From positions 832,001 to 896,000 of the forward strand of contig OY970218.1 in NCBI GenBank assembly GCA_963713975.1: a DNA stretch of 64,000 nucleotides. The letters run 5' to 3'. The stretch's first letter is position 1; each line of letters opens with the position of its first letter. Shown one piece after another: positions 1-9,231 of this stretch. Position numbers and translations under genes: made by a program. The notes beneath the pieces were generated by a model that worked only from the letters and a program-made list of their open reading frames with translations, searched no databases and had not been told where the DNA came from. The DNA is from an uncultured Chloroflexia bacterium. GTDB lineage: Bacteria; Chloroflexota; Limnocylindria; Limnocylindrales; CSP1-4.

Positions 1-1582
1 CGGCGAACGCTCGGGCACTTCGCTCTGACCGCTCGTCGCGCAAGACCGGGAGGGCCTGACCTACCGCCCACTCGGCGGTTTCGACGTCCGCTGCCTCCCA
101 CGCGTAGTCGAACAGCTCGAGCTGGGTCGCGACCCGGCGCGCGACGTCGTTCGGCTCGTACGTCGTCAGGGCCTCGCGCGCCAACGTAACGGCACGGATC
201 TGGTGGCCGGCGGCCGCCGCCGCGCGGGCGGCTCTTGCCTGCACCGCGGCCAGATCGAGCCCGGCGAGCCTCGCGGGATTCTCGATTCGGGGCCATAGCT
301 CCAGCATCCGGTCGAGGTGGACCTCCGCATCGGCATGGGCTGAGGCAGCCTCGGCGGCTGCGACCGCGTCGCGGGAGGCAACGAGTGCCCGGGTCAGATC
401 GCCGGCCGCCATCGCGTGGTGGGCGATCTCACCGGCTCGGCGAGTGTCGGCTGCCCCCGACGCGGTGGCGTCGCTCTCGAGCGTGTCGGCGATCGCCAGG
501 TGGACGGCGGTGCGCTCCACCGCGAGGAGTTCGTCGTATGCCGCCTCGCGGACCAGGGCGTGGCGGAAGGCGTACCCGGGAACCGGTTCCGCGACATTGA
601 CCAGGATGCGCGCATTGATGGCGTCCTTGAGCGCCGCGATGAGCACCGAAGCCGGCTCTCCCGCGACCCGTTCGAGCAGCTCATGGTCGACCGCCCGACC
701 GGCGACCGCGGCGATCCCCAGGACGCGTCGCGTGGGTTCGTCCTGGGTGGCGAGCCTGGCGATCAGAAGCTCGCGGAGTGAGGCCGGGAGCGACTTGCCG
801 CCTGCGGCGCCGCTGGCGATGAGTTCCTCGGCGAAGAAGGGGTTGCCGTCGGAGCGCTCGAAGACGTCGCGGGCGACGTCGCGGTCGGGCGCGGTCCCCA
901 AGATCCCGGTCAGCTGCTGGGAGACTTCGTGGGCATCGAACCGTTTGAGGTCGATCCGCTCGAATCCCGGGAGACGGTCGAGCTCGGAGACCGCCGCACG
1001 CAGCCGATGACCTCGCGCAGCCTCGTCGAGCCGTGCGGTCAGGACGAGCACGTACCGTTCGTCCCCCATCGACCGAGCCAGGTAGGTCACGAGGTCGAAC
1101 GTGGATGGGTCGGCCCAATGCAGGTCCTCGATGACGACGACGAGCGGCTCGGTGATGGCCGCGGCTGCGATCGCATCCCGCACGGCGGCGAAGAGTCGTC
1201 CCTGGTCGCCCAGGTGCGGGATCGACCCCGACCCGGCGTCGACGGCAAGCCCCGGGACCAGTCGACCGAGTTCGGCCAGTGTCGGCGGCGGCAGCGATGA
1301 GGTTAGACCGACGCGCTGCAGATCTCGGACGACGTCGACGAAGGGGGCGTACGGGAATGTCCCGACCGCCAGGTCGATGCAATGCCCGGATACGGATGTC
1401 GATCCGCTTGCAGCGGCGAGGGTCGACACCTCCGCCAGGAGCCGGGACTTGCCGACGCCGGCTTCGCCGGCGATCAGGACGACCTGCGGTCGCCCGGCCG
1501 CGGCACGGTCCAGCGCCTCGGCGAGCGCCGCGCGCTCGGCGACGCGGCCAATGAAGATCGGGCTCGAGACGCGACGGACCAC
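1..1582 (-). CDS. AAA ATPase / LuxR (MalT-like) transcriptional regulator, N-terminal part; runs off the left edge
   Basis: Not in the ORF track (no stop in window). Read by hand from GTG 1582: MVRRVSSPIFIGRVAERAALAEALDRAAAGRPQVVLIAGEAGVGKSRLL (Walker A), later VVVIEDLHWADPST (Walker B) and SDGNPFFAEEL. The parts checked near base 2 are open in the same frame. Confidence 0.9.
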   Translation of the reverse strand, partial: MVRRVSSPIFIGRVAERAALAEALDRAAAGRPQVVLIAGEAGVGKSRLLAEVSTLAAASGSTSVSGHCIDLAVGTFPYAPFVDVVRDLQRVGLTSSLPPPTLAELGRLVPGLAVDAGSGSIPHLGDQGRLFAAVRDAIAAAAITEPLVVVIEDLHWADPSTFDLVTYLARSMGDERYVLVLTARLDEAARGHRLRAAVSELDRLPGFERIDLKRFDAHEVSQQLTGILGTAPDRDVARDVFERSDGNPFFAEELIASGAAGGKSLPASLRELLIARLATQDEPTRRVLGIAAVAGRAVDHELLERVAGEPASVLIAALKDAINARILVNVAEPVPGYAFRHALVREAAYDELLAVERTAVHLAIADTLESDATASGAADTRRAGEIAHHAMAAGDLTRALVASRDAVAAAEAASAHADAEVHLDRMLELWPRIENPARLAGLDLAAVQARAARAAAAAGHQIRAVTLAREALTTYEPNDVARRVATQLELFDYAWEAADVETAEWAVGQALPVLRDERSERSARAFA

Positions 1583-1632
1583 GGTCTGGATGATGCGCTC
1601 CGTCCGTGCCCACTGGCAAGGGCGCTGGGGTG

Positions 1633-1830
1633 TCAGGCGCCGGCCGGTCGAACGACGAGTCGCCGGATCGTCGCGACGGCGCGGCCGACGCGTGACGCGG
1701 ACGCAGGTTCGGGTTCGGGGAGCGGCGGGGCATCGACGCGGGCGAAGGTCATGCCGGGACGGCCTTCGTCGGCCCAGCCGTGGTGGCGCTCTCGGTCCCT
1801 GATCGCGAGGTATATGCCGAAGGGGTGCAT
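1633..1830 (-). CDS. small hypothetical protein (65 aa)
   Basis: Strong AGGAGG RBS 5 nt before ATG; co-oriented upstream of the LuxR gene. Confidence 0.65.
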   Translation of the reverse strand: MHPFGIYLAIRDRERHHGWADEGRPGMTFARVDAPPLPEPEPASASRVGRAVATIRRLVVRPAGA

Positions 1831-1834
1831 CGTC

Positions 1835-1876
1835 GCCTCCTGGTCGTCGATCGCATGATCGCGATATCCAGGAGGC
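1835..1876 (-). promoter_or_regulatory. stem-loop pairing the Shine-Dalgarno of the 65-aa ORF
   Basis: Perfect 9-bp inverted repeat GCCTCCTGG (1835-1843) / CCAGGAGGC (1868-1876); one arm is the RBS. Confidence 0.5.
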
Positions 1877-2205
1877 TACGAACGACGAGCCGCGTCGCCA
1901 TCGTCGAGAACCTTATGTCGGCTGTGCGGCCGACCTCATTTTTTCTCCGCGGGACCATCGGGAGACATGCGGTCGATCCCCGCGGGCTGCTTGGCGGCGT
2001 TGCAGCACGGCACAGCACCATGGGCTCCGACACATCAGCCTCCCGCTCATCGCACGCACGGCCTTCCTGCTGGGCAGAAGGTCGAGTTCCCGGTGGGCCA
2101 GGTCGGTCACGATCCACTCGACGTCGGGTGCCGATGCTCACGGCTGGTCGGGAACGTTCGGCCCGGGGCCCCTGCGCCAAACGCGGGTCTGGCAGTCAGT
2201 ACGAA

Positions 2206-2282
<77 letters not shown>

Positions 2283-2369
2283 ACCGAAAGTGCCCGCTGA
2301 GGGGCCGGGGAATGATATCGCATGTCCGCCGGACCTTCGAACGTGGGGCCTTCGTATGACGCGCAGCGT

Positions 2370-3164
2370 TCAGCCAACACCTGCTCGGAGGCGCGACGCG
2401 ACAAGGCGCTCGCCATGAACATCGGGCCAGACAAGACCCGCAGCGTCAGGGATCGGCGCGCCGGCGTCGCGGAGGGCGGCCAGCCAGGCGTGGGATGATG
2501 CTGGATAGCGGGCCGCGAACAGCGCCCCGAGCCCGCCGATCAGCTCCCGGTTGCGGTGCGTGCCGCGCACGACGAGCAATCCCGCGACGGACCAGCCCGG
2601 GCCGAGCCGATCGCGCGTCGCATGCACCTTGGCCTCGAGGCTGCGCATGACAAGCCCGCCGTCGAGCACGAGATCCCACACCTCCACGACGGCAGCCTCC
2701 CGCCTCGCCGGTCGGGTGAGCAGAACATCGATGGATCGGGGGCGTGGACCGTCGCCCGGCAGCGCAGCCTCGGGTTCCGCACCCCAGCCGCCGGCCGCCG
2801 CCGTCGAGATCACGAGGTTCTGACGGCGCATGTGCTCGATGTCGCGCGGGAGCTGCGCGCCCGGCACGCCCTCGAAGTAGGCGGCAAGGTGCAAGCCGGC
2901 CGCGGCGCCACACGCGGCCCAGGTGTCGATGCCGGCGTTCGACCCGTGGCCGCCCTCGAGCCTCGCGATCTCCGGCTGTGACACGCCGGCACGTGCGGCG
3001 ATCTCGCGCTGGAGGAGGCCGGCCCCGATGCGGGCGTCCCTGAGGCCGATTCCGAGACGGGTCGCGACGTCGGATGCTCGAGCGCGCCCCGCCATGACCG
3101 GACGGGTCGCACGCCTGGAGGTCGTCTGCCTGGCCACGCGGACAGTGTCGGCATGCCGACTCAT
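2370..3164 (-). CDS. XRE-family HTH protein with a C-terminal PD-(D/E)XK-like domain
   Basis: [32 protein letters not shown] is an XRE HTH; C-terminal PEAAL...RSIDVLL...AVVEVWD resembles a restriction-endonuclease-fold core. Start uncertain (alternative ATG 3095). Confidence 0.75.
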   Translation of the reverse strand: MSRHADTVRVARQTTSRRATRPVMAGRARASDVATRLGIGLRDARIGAGLLQREIAARAGVSQPEIARLEGGHGSNAGIDTWAACGAAAGLHLAAYFEGVPGAQLPRDIEHMRRQNLVISTAAAGGWGAEPEAALPGDGPRPRSIDVLLTRPARREAAVVEVWDLVLDGGLVMRSLEAKVHATRDRLGPGWSVAGLLVVRGTHRNRELIGGLGALFAARYPASSHAWLAALRDAGAPIPDAAGLVWPDVHGERLVASRLRAGVG

Positions 3165-3178
3165 CTGGGACTTGCCGC

Positions 3179-3347
3179 CATCACCGTGGGTGCTATCTCT
3201 GGGCCAGATGCGGCGGCACAGCCATGGCCGATGGGGATAGGCGCGGCGGGATCACCGCGGTTGATCGATGCAGCGGCACGTGGCCAATCGGAGGCTCCGT
3301 GACGCGCTGGTCGGCGATTCAGGCGCGCAATAGCACCACGGGTGATG
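3179..3347. repeat. imperfect 18-bp inverted repeat pair upstream of the XRE gene
   Basis: CATCACCGTGGGTGCTAT (3179-3196) vs ATAGCACCACGGGTGATG (3330-3347; reverse complement CATCACCCGTGGTGCTAT). Confidence 0.55.
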
Positions 3348-3426
3348 CCGGGGGCCGGGAGGCCACGGCGGCGAGACGGGGCGGCCCGAAGCTGGGAGCG
3401 CGAGCCGGGGCCTGGCGAACGGATCG

Positions 3427-3467
3427 CGGGCAGCGGCGCGGCGCCCCCCGACGCCGCGCCTTGCCCG
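3427..3467 (-). terminator. GC-rich hairpin downstream of glutamine synthetase
   Basis: CGGGCA..GGCGCGGCG-loop-CGCCGCGCC.TGCCCG stem just after the stop; no U-tract. Confidence 0.45.
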
Positions 3468-3481
3468 ATCCCCCCGGTGTC

Positions 3482-5626
3482 TCAGTACTGGAAGAGCAGC
3501 TCGCGATACTTGGGCAGCGGCCAGAGGTCGTCGGCGACGATCGTCTCGAGCGTGTCTGCGATCTCCCGCAGCGCGTCCTGCGCGGGGATGACCGTGTCCA
3601 CGAACACGCGCGCCTCCTCCGGCACCGACGGGGCCTCGTGCGCCTCGTGCTGGGCCCGCTCCAGGCCGTGGATCCGCTCGATCAGGGTATCGGTGTGCCC
3701 CGCGACCGTCTCGGTGAGGTGCTTGATGCCGGCAGAGGCACCCGCGGCGGTGAGCCTCCCGAGGTAGGTGACGGCCGCCGGCAGGATCATCGTCTTGGCG
3801 ATGTCCAGTGCCGTGCTGGCCTCGATGTTCTGGACCTTGACGTACCGCTCCCAGTAGATGTCCGCCCGGGAGACGAGCTCGCGCTCGGACAGCACGCCGA
3901 AGTCGCTGAACAGCTTCTTCGACTTGGCCTCGGTGAGGCTTGGGAGGGCGTCGACCGTGGTCCGGTTGTTCGGAAGGCCGCGCCTCGCTGCCTCCACGTG
4001 CCACGCCTCGGAGTAGCCGTTGCCCTCGAACAAGACCTGCTTGTTCGCCCGGGCGATCCCGGACAGGATCGTGGTGAGTCCGTCGAATTCCCCGGCGGCC
4101 AGGCCATCGAGGTCGTCCGCGAGCTGCTTGAGCGAGTCCGCGACGGCCGTGTTGAGCACGGTCTGTGGCCAGTAGATCGGGGCGGACGAGCCGACCGCGC
4201 GGAACTCGAACTTGTTGCCCGTGAATGCGAACGGCGAGGTCCGGTTGCGGTCCGTCACGTCCATGGGCAGCTCGGGAAGCGACGTCACGCCCAGCTTGAC
4301 CGACCCGCTCCTCTTGGAATTGGACGCAGCGCCCTGCTCCAGCTGGGCGATGACGTCCTCCAGTTGGGCGCCGAGGAAGATCGACATGATCGCCGGCGGC
4401 GCCTCGTTGGCACCCAGGCGGTGGTCCTGGCCGGCGTCCGCGATGCTGGCGCGGAGGATGTCGGCGTGGACGTTGACGCCCCGGATGACCGCGAGGAGGA
4501 ACGCCAGGAACTGCGCGTTGGCATGCGGATCGTTCCCCGGATCGAGGAGGTTCTCCCCGTCGTCGGTGGCCATCGACCAGTTGTTGTGCTTGCCAGAGCC
4601 GTTGATGCCGACGAACGGCTTCTCGTGGATCAGGAACATGAGGCTGTGCTGCGGCGCGAGGCGTCGCATCGTCGACATCACGATCATGTTGTGGTCCGAG
4701 CCGACGGACGTTGGCTCATAGACGGGCGCCATCTCGAACTGGCCCGGGGCCACCTCGTTGTGGCGTGTCTTGGACGGGATGCCGAGGCGCCACAGCTCGC
4801 GGTCCAGGTCCATCATGAACGCGAGGATCCGCTCGCGGATGGGGCCGAAGTACTGGTCCTCCAGCTCCTGGCCCTTGGGCGGCGGGGCGCCGAACAGGGT
4901 CCGGCCGGTCATGATGAGATCGGGGCGCTGCTCCGCGAGCCGCCGGTCGACGAGGAAGTACTCCTGCTCGGGGCCGATGTTGGTGTACACCCGGCTGGAC
5001 GTGGTGTTGCCGAACCAGTGCAGGACCCGCAGCGCCTGGATACCCAGCGCCTCCTGGGAGCGCAGGAGCGGGATCTTGTGGTCCAGGGCCTCGCCCGTGA
5101 ACGAGACGTACGCCGTGGGGATGGTGAGCGTGACGCCGTTGGGCTCCACCTGGAGGAAGATCGGCGAGGTCACGTCCCACGCGGTGTAGCCGCGGGCCTC
5201 GAACGTGGCGCGGATGCCGCCCGACGGGAACGACGAGGCATCGGGCTCGCCCTGGGTCAGGTTCCTGCCCGAGAACTCCGCGATCGTGCTCCCGTCGCCC
5301 GTGGGGGTGAGGAAGGAGTCGTGCTTCTCGGCCGTGGACCCCGTCATGGGCACGAACCAGTGGGTGTAGTGGGTGGCGCCGTGCGCCATCGCCCACTCCT
5401 TGACGCCGTGGGCGACCGCGTCCGCGATGACCTGGTCGAACGGCTCCAAACCATCGATCGTCCGCCGCAGGCGACGGAAGATCGGCTTGGCCAGGTATTC
5501 CCGCTGGGCGGTCTCATGGAACACGTACTGGCCGTAGATGTCCTCGCCGGCGTGCTCGAGGTACTTCTGCGTGCCGGCAACCCTGTGGTTGGCGATGGTG
5601 GCGATGGCAGCGGTTCGGGCGCTCAT
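3482..5626 (-). CDS. glnA: glutamine synthetase type III
   Basis: GSIII motifs GATHYTHWFVPMTGSTAEKHDSF, GEPDASSFPSGGIRATFEARGYTAWD, GPEQEYFL, HEKPFVGINGSGKHNNWS, DRNRTSPFAFTGNKFEFRAVGS, WPLPKYRELLF; AGGAG RBS before ATG 5626. Confidence 0.96.
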   Translation of the reverse strand: MSARTAAIATIANHRVAGTQKYLEHAGEDIYGQYVFHETAQREYLAKPIFRRLRRTIDGLEPFDQVIADAVAHGVKEWAMAHGATHYTHWFVPMTGSTAEKHDSFLTPTGDGSTIAEFSGRNLTQGEPDASSFPSGGIRATFEARGYTAWDVTSPIFLQVEPNGVTLTIPTAYVSFTGEALDHKIPLLRSQEALGIQALRVLHWFGNTTSSRVYTNIGPEQEYFLVDRRLAEQRPDLIMTGRTLFGAPPPKGQELEDQYFGPIRERILAFMMDLDRELWRLGIPSKTRHNEVAPGQFEMAPVYEPTSVGSDHNMIVMSTMRRLAPQHSLMFLIHEKPFVGINGSGKHNNWSMATDDGENLLDPGNDPHANAQFLAFLLAVIRGVNVHADILRASIADAGQDHRLGANEAPPAIMSIFLGAQLEDVIAQLEQGAASNSKRSGSVKLGVTSLPELPMDVTDRNRTSPFAFTGNKFEFRAVGSSAPIYWPQTVLNTAVADSLKQLADDLDGLAAGEFDGLTTILSGIARANKQVLFEGNGYSEAWHVEAARRGLPNNRTTVDALPSLTEAKSKKLFSDFGVLSERELVSRADIYWERYVKVQNIEASTALDIAKTMILPAAVTYLGRLTAAGASAGIKHLTETVAGHTDTLIERIHGLERAQHEAHEAPSVPEEARVFVDTVIPAQDALREIADTLETIVADDLWPLPKYRELLFQY

Positions 5627-5792
5627 GTGACTCCTGCCGACGATGCGACCCGGTCGGGTCGCAAGCTCCACGGGACCAGGAAAAGCCGAACCTATCGGAT
5701 GGGGCGGACGGTGTCGATAGGCGAGGCGATTCTGCACCCTTCCGCATCAGCGGCGACACCGAGTCGCAAGCCTCGATCCGCCCGCGGCGGCA

Positions 5793-7256
5793 TCAGGCGG
5801 GACGAGCACTCCCGTCGGGACCGGCACGCTCAACGGGACCCGGATCCTCGGCAGAACCCGGGCTCCCGCCATGCCTCGACGCGACCATGTCGTCCAGCAG
5901 CCGCCCGAACTCGCGTCCGACGTCCACGTAGCGGTCCGCGCGCACCACCAGCGCCAGCCGCCCGTCGGCGCCCAGGCGACCCCACACCCGACGGCGCGGC
6001 ATCCAGAAGGTGATCAGCAGGCCGACGATCAGCAGGCCGAAGGCCGTCCACACGAGTCCCTGCCCCGGGTCCCGCTTCGCGATCAGGAGCGTGTACTCGC
6101 CGAAGCCACGCAGCTCGACGGAGAAGTCGGTCCCCGCGGCCGTGTCGGACTCACCGCTCGTGAGCGCGATCGGCTCCAGGCCCTCGATCACCGGCGACCC
6201 GTCCGTGTTCGTGCCCACGGCGTGGAACGGGAGGATCAGCAGCACGCCCGCGCCGTCCGACGCCCGCTGGAGGAGCAGCTGGAGCGCCACGTCCCTGCCC
6301 GGGACGTTGAACTCCGCAAACGGGAAGCCGGCGGCCTGGTCCGTCATGGGGATCGGCCCGGTCCACAGCGGCCTGCCGTCGGCGTCGCGGATGACCACGT
6401 CCGGCGCGGGACCGAACCCGTTCTGGTGGAAGGTGTAGCCGTCGACCTCGAGCGGGTCGTTCACGCGGATGGTCTTCTCCGCGACCTGCCGTCCATCCTT
6501 GAACACGGCGAGACGCGTGGTGAAGTCCGTGGGCGTGCCGGTGTCGAACCCGGGCGCCTCGAAGCCCAGGTTCCGGACCAGCAGCAGGCCCGGCGTCCCG
6601 ATCGGCTGCACGGTGAGCGACTCGCCCTCCGCCACCACGAGACCCTGCTCGAACCCGAGGCGCGAGGTGATCGCCGCCGCAACCAGGAACAGGACGAGGC
6701 CCGCGTGCGAGATCAGCGTCGCCAGCTTGGTCCAGCGGTTGCGGTCCCCGTAGAGGTAGGTGGCGCCGCCGGCCAGCTCGCGGCGGACCGCGAACCGGTG
6801 ACGGCGCAGCACGGCCGCCACGGCATCGGCGTCCACGCCCGACATCAGGGCCCGGTCCGGGAGCTTCGGGTCGTAGAAGGGGTCCGGCTGGACCACCCTG
6901 ATGTCTGCGGACGTACGCCACAGGCGAGGGGTTCGGTCGATGGTGCAGGCGACGATCGAGATGATCAGGACGGCGAGCCCGACACTGAACCACATCGAGC
7001 TGAAGACCTGGAACAGCTGCAGCCGCTCGAGGGCGCCCACCACGCCCGCGCCGAGCGTCGGGTCGTAGAGGTCGTGGAGCGCCTGCATCTCGTTCGCGTA
7101 GTCCGTCGGCGAGCGGAAGGCGAACCCCGGAAGCTGGCGCAGGGTCATGCCCACGAGCGCGAACAGCGAGAGCACGATGATCTGCAGGACGGCGAAGTCG
7201 ACCGAGGTCAGCAGGCCCCAGATGGCGTTGCCGACACGGGCAAGCGGGCCGGGCAT
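5793..7256 (-). CDS. resB: cytochrome c biogenesis protein ResB/Ccs1
   Basis: N-terminal TM helices, LQLFQVFSSMWF, ISHAGLVLFL, TIRVNDPLEVDGYTFHQ, C-terminal DPGQGLVWTAF...PRRRVW. Confidence 0.88.
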   Translation of the reverse strand: MPGPLARVGNAIWGLLTSVDFAVLQIIVLSLFALVGMTLRQLPGFAFRSPTDYANEMQALHDLYDPTLGAGVVGALERLQLFQVFSSMWFSVGLAVLIISIVACTIDRTPRLWRTSADIRVVQPDPFYDPKLPDRALMSGVDADAVAAVLRRHRFAVRRELAGGATYLYGDRNRWTKLATLISHAGLVLFLVAAAITSRLGFEQGLVVAEGESLTVQPIGTPGLLLVRNLGFEAPGFDTGTPTDFTTRLAVFKDGRQVAEKTIRVNDPLEVDGYTFHQNGFGPAPDVVIRDADGRPLWTGPIPMTDQAAGFPFAEFNVPGRDVALQLLLQRASDGAGVLLILPFHAVGTNTDGSPVIEGLEPIALTSGESDTAAGTDFSVELRGFGEYTLLIAKRDPGQGLVWTAFGLLIVGLLITFWMPRRRVWGRLGADGRLALVVRADRYVDVGREFGRLLDDMVASRHGGSPGSAEDPGPVERAGPDGSARPA

Positions 7257-7298
7257 GGGGCGCGCGGCGGGACGGCCGGCGGCGATGCTCGCGATGGC

Positions 7299-8519
7299 TC
7301 AGGCCCCCCGGGCGGCCCGCAGCGCGCGGTCGAAGTCGGCCAGCAGGTCCGCCTCGTCCTCGAGGCCTACGCTGATCCGAAGCAGGCCCTCCGTGATCCC
7401 GGCGGCTGCGAGGGCCGCGGTGTCCAGGGACCGGTGCGAGCTCGTCGGCGGATGGACGACCATCGTGTGGACGCTGCCCAGGCTCGCGGTCCGCTCCGGA
7501 ATGGTCAGGGCATCGAAGAAGACACGGCCCGCCTCGCGGCCGCCCTCGAGGTCCACGGACAGCATCGCCCCGCCGGAGTCGAGGATCCGGGAGGCAACGG
7601 CGGCCTGCGGGTGGCTGGGGAGCCCTGGGTAGGTAACGCGACGCACGCCCGCCTGACGCTCGAGGAACGTCGCGAGTGCCATGGCCGTGGCCGCCTGGCG
7701 CTCCATGCGGACGGCGACCGTGGCGATCCCGCGCAGGACGAGGAACGCGGCGAAGGGTCCGAGCGTGGCGCCGGTGTCGATCTGGGTGCTGCGCACGGCG
7801 GCGATCCGCTCCCGCGACCCGACCACGGCGCCGGCCATGACGTCGCTGTGCCCGGAGAGGTACTTGGTCGCGGACTCCATCACCAGGTCCGCGCCGTGCT
7901 CCAGGGGCCGGCACACGAGCGGTGAGGCAAACGTGTTGTCGACGGTGAGCAGCGCGCCGTTGCGGTGGGCGGCCTCGGCGAGGGCGGGGAGGTCGGCGAC
8001 AACGCAGGTTGGGTTGGCAATCGTCTCGACGTGCAGGATTCGCGTGGGTGTGGCGGCGAGGGCGGCTTCGACGGCCTCCGGGTCCGTGGTGTCCACGTAC
8101 GCGATCTCGACCCCCAGCCGGCCGAACGCAGCGAGCGCCTGGCTGCGGGTGGTGCCATAGCCGACGGTGCCAACGAGGAGCCGGTCGCCGGCCCGGAGCA
8201 GCGAGAGGATCGCGGCGTGGATGGCGGCCATGCCGGTCGCCAGGGCGATGCCCGCCTCCGCCTCGTGGAGATTCGCGACGGCATCGCCGAGGGCGGTGAC
8301 GGTCGGGTTGTCGATGCGGCTGTAGGCGTAGCCCGGCTGGTCGCCCGAGAGGACGGCCGCCAGCTCCTCGGCGTCCGCGGAGGCGAACGTCGCCGTCTGG
8401 TAGATGGGCACCGACGTGGGCACCTGGCGGAGGTCCGGCACGCGCGACGCGGCACGGATCGCGCGGGTGGAGGGGCCGGGCCGGGGTCGATCGTCGGGCC
8501 GGGGTCGATCTTGGGTCAC
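7299..8519 (-). CDS. PLP-dependent trans-sulfuration enzyme (cystathionine gamma-synthase / methionine gamma-lyase family)
   Basis: PIYQTATF, YSRIDNPT, ATGMAAI, VDNTFASP, PLP-lysine motif SATKYLSGHSDV, LLRISVGLED. Confidence 0.93.
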   Translation of the reverse strand: MTQDRPRPDDRPRPGPSTRAIRAASRVPDLRQVPTSVPIYQTATFASADAEELAAVLSGDQPGYAYSRIDNPTVTALGDAVANLHEAEAGIALATGMAAIHAAILSLLRAGDRLLVGTVGYGTTRSQALAAFGRLGVEIAYVDTTDPEAVEAALAATPTRILHVETIANPTCVVADLPALAEAAHRNGALLTVDNTFASPLVCRPLEHGADLVMESATKYLSGHSDVMAGAVVGSRERIAAVRSTQIDTGATLGPFAAFLVLRGIATVAVRMERQAATAMALATFLERQAGVRRVTYPGLPSHPQAAVASRILDSGGAMLSVDLEGGREAGRVFFDALTIPERTASLGSVHTMVVHPPTSSHRSLDTAALAAAGITEGLLRISVGLEDEADLLADFDRALRAARGA

Positions 8520-8555
8520 GCGGGCGATGCTACACCGGTGGCCGTCGCGAACCCC

Positions 8556-9035
8556 TCAGCGGGTCCCCCACTGGTAGCTCTGCTTGATCAGCCGCAGGTA
8601 GACGAAGGTCTCCGTCTCGCGAACGCCCTGGATCTTGCGCAGTCGCCCGCTCAGGAACTGCAGCAGCGCCTCGTTGTCCTCCGCCACGCATTCCACCAGG
8701 ATGTCGTAGGCGCCTGCGGTCACCACGACGTAGTCCGTCTCGGGGAACGCGGCGATCTCCTCGGCCACCTCGATCAGGCGGGAGGCCTCCACCTTGAGCC
8801 CGATCATGGCCATCTGCTGGAAGCCCAGCTTGAGCGGATCCGTGACCCCCACGACCTGCAGGATGCCCTTGTCGATCAGCTTGTTGGTCCGGGTCCGGAC
8901 CGATGCCTCGGACACGCCGAGCTCGAGCGCGATCTGGGTGAACGGGCGCCGGCCGTCCTCCTGGAGGTGCTCGATGATCCGCTTGTCGAGGGCCGAGACC
9001 TCCTGGCCTCGTTCGGCGCGCGCTCGGTCGCTCAT
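8556..9035 (-). CDS. Lrp/AsnC family transcriptional regulator
   Basis: LDKRIIEHLQEDGRRPFTQIALELGVSEASVRTR HTH; TAGAYDIL RAM-domain motif. Confidence 0.95.
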   Translation of the reverse strand: MSDRARAERGQEVSALDKRIIEHLQEDGRRPFTQIALELGVSEASVRTRTNKLIDKGILQVVGVTDPLKLGFQQMAMIGLKVEASRLIEVAEEIAAFPETDYVVVTAGAYDILVECVAEDNEALLQFLSGRLRKIQGVRETETFVYLRLIKQSYQWGTR

Positions 9036-9231
9036 GGACGGGTGCCGATGTCGTGCATGGGGGCGCAGGACCTGGCTGGCCTCATCGGACGGCTCCGCGG
9101 GTTCGGTCTCGAGACCGGTGGTGGCGGGGATCGGGGCGGGATGCTAGCACGCGGGCCGGGCCGTGGGGAGACCCTTGTGCAAGGTCCGGGACAGGTCCGG
9201 CGCGGCGCTCGGGGTGCTGAGCGCTTCCACG

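Noticed and set aside
3224-6013. 929-aa plus-strand ORF and other long opposite-strand ORFs (e.g. 5871-7925, 46888-48507, 56388-58637)
   Set aside because: Antisense shadows of well-supported genes; Arg/Gly/Pro-rich with no motifs, as expected at very high GC.
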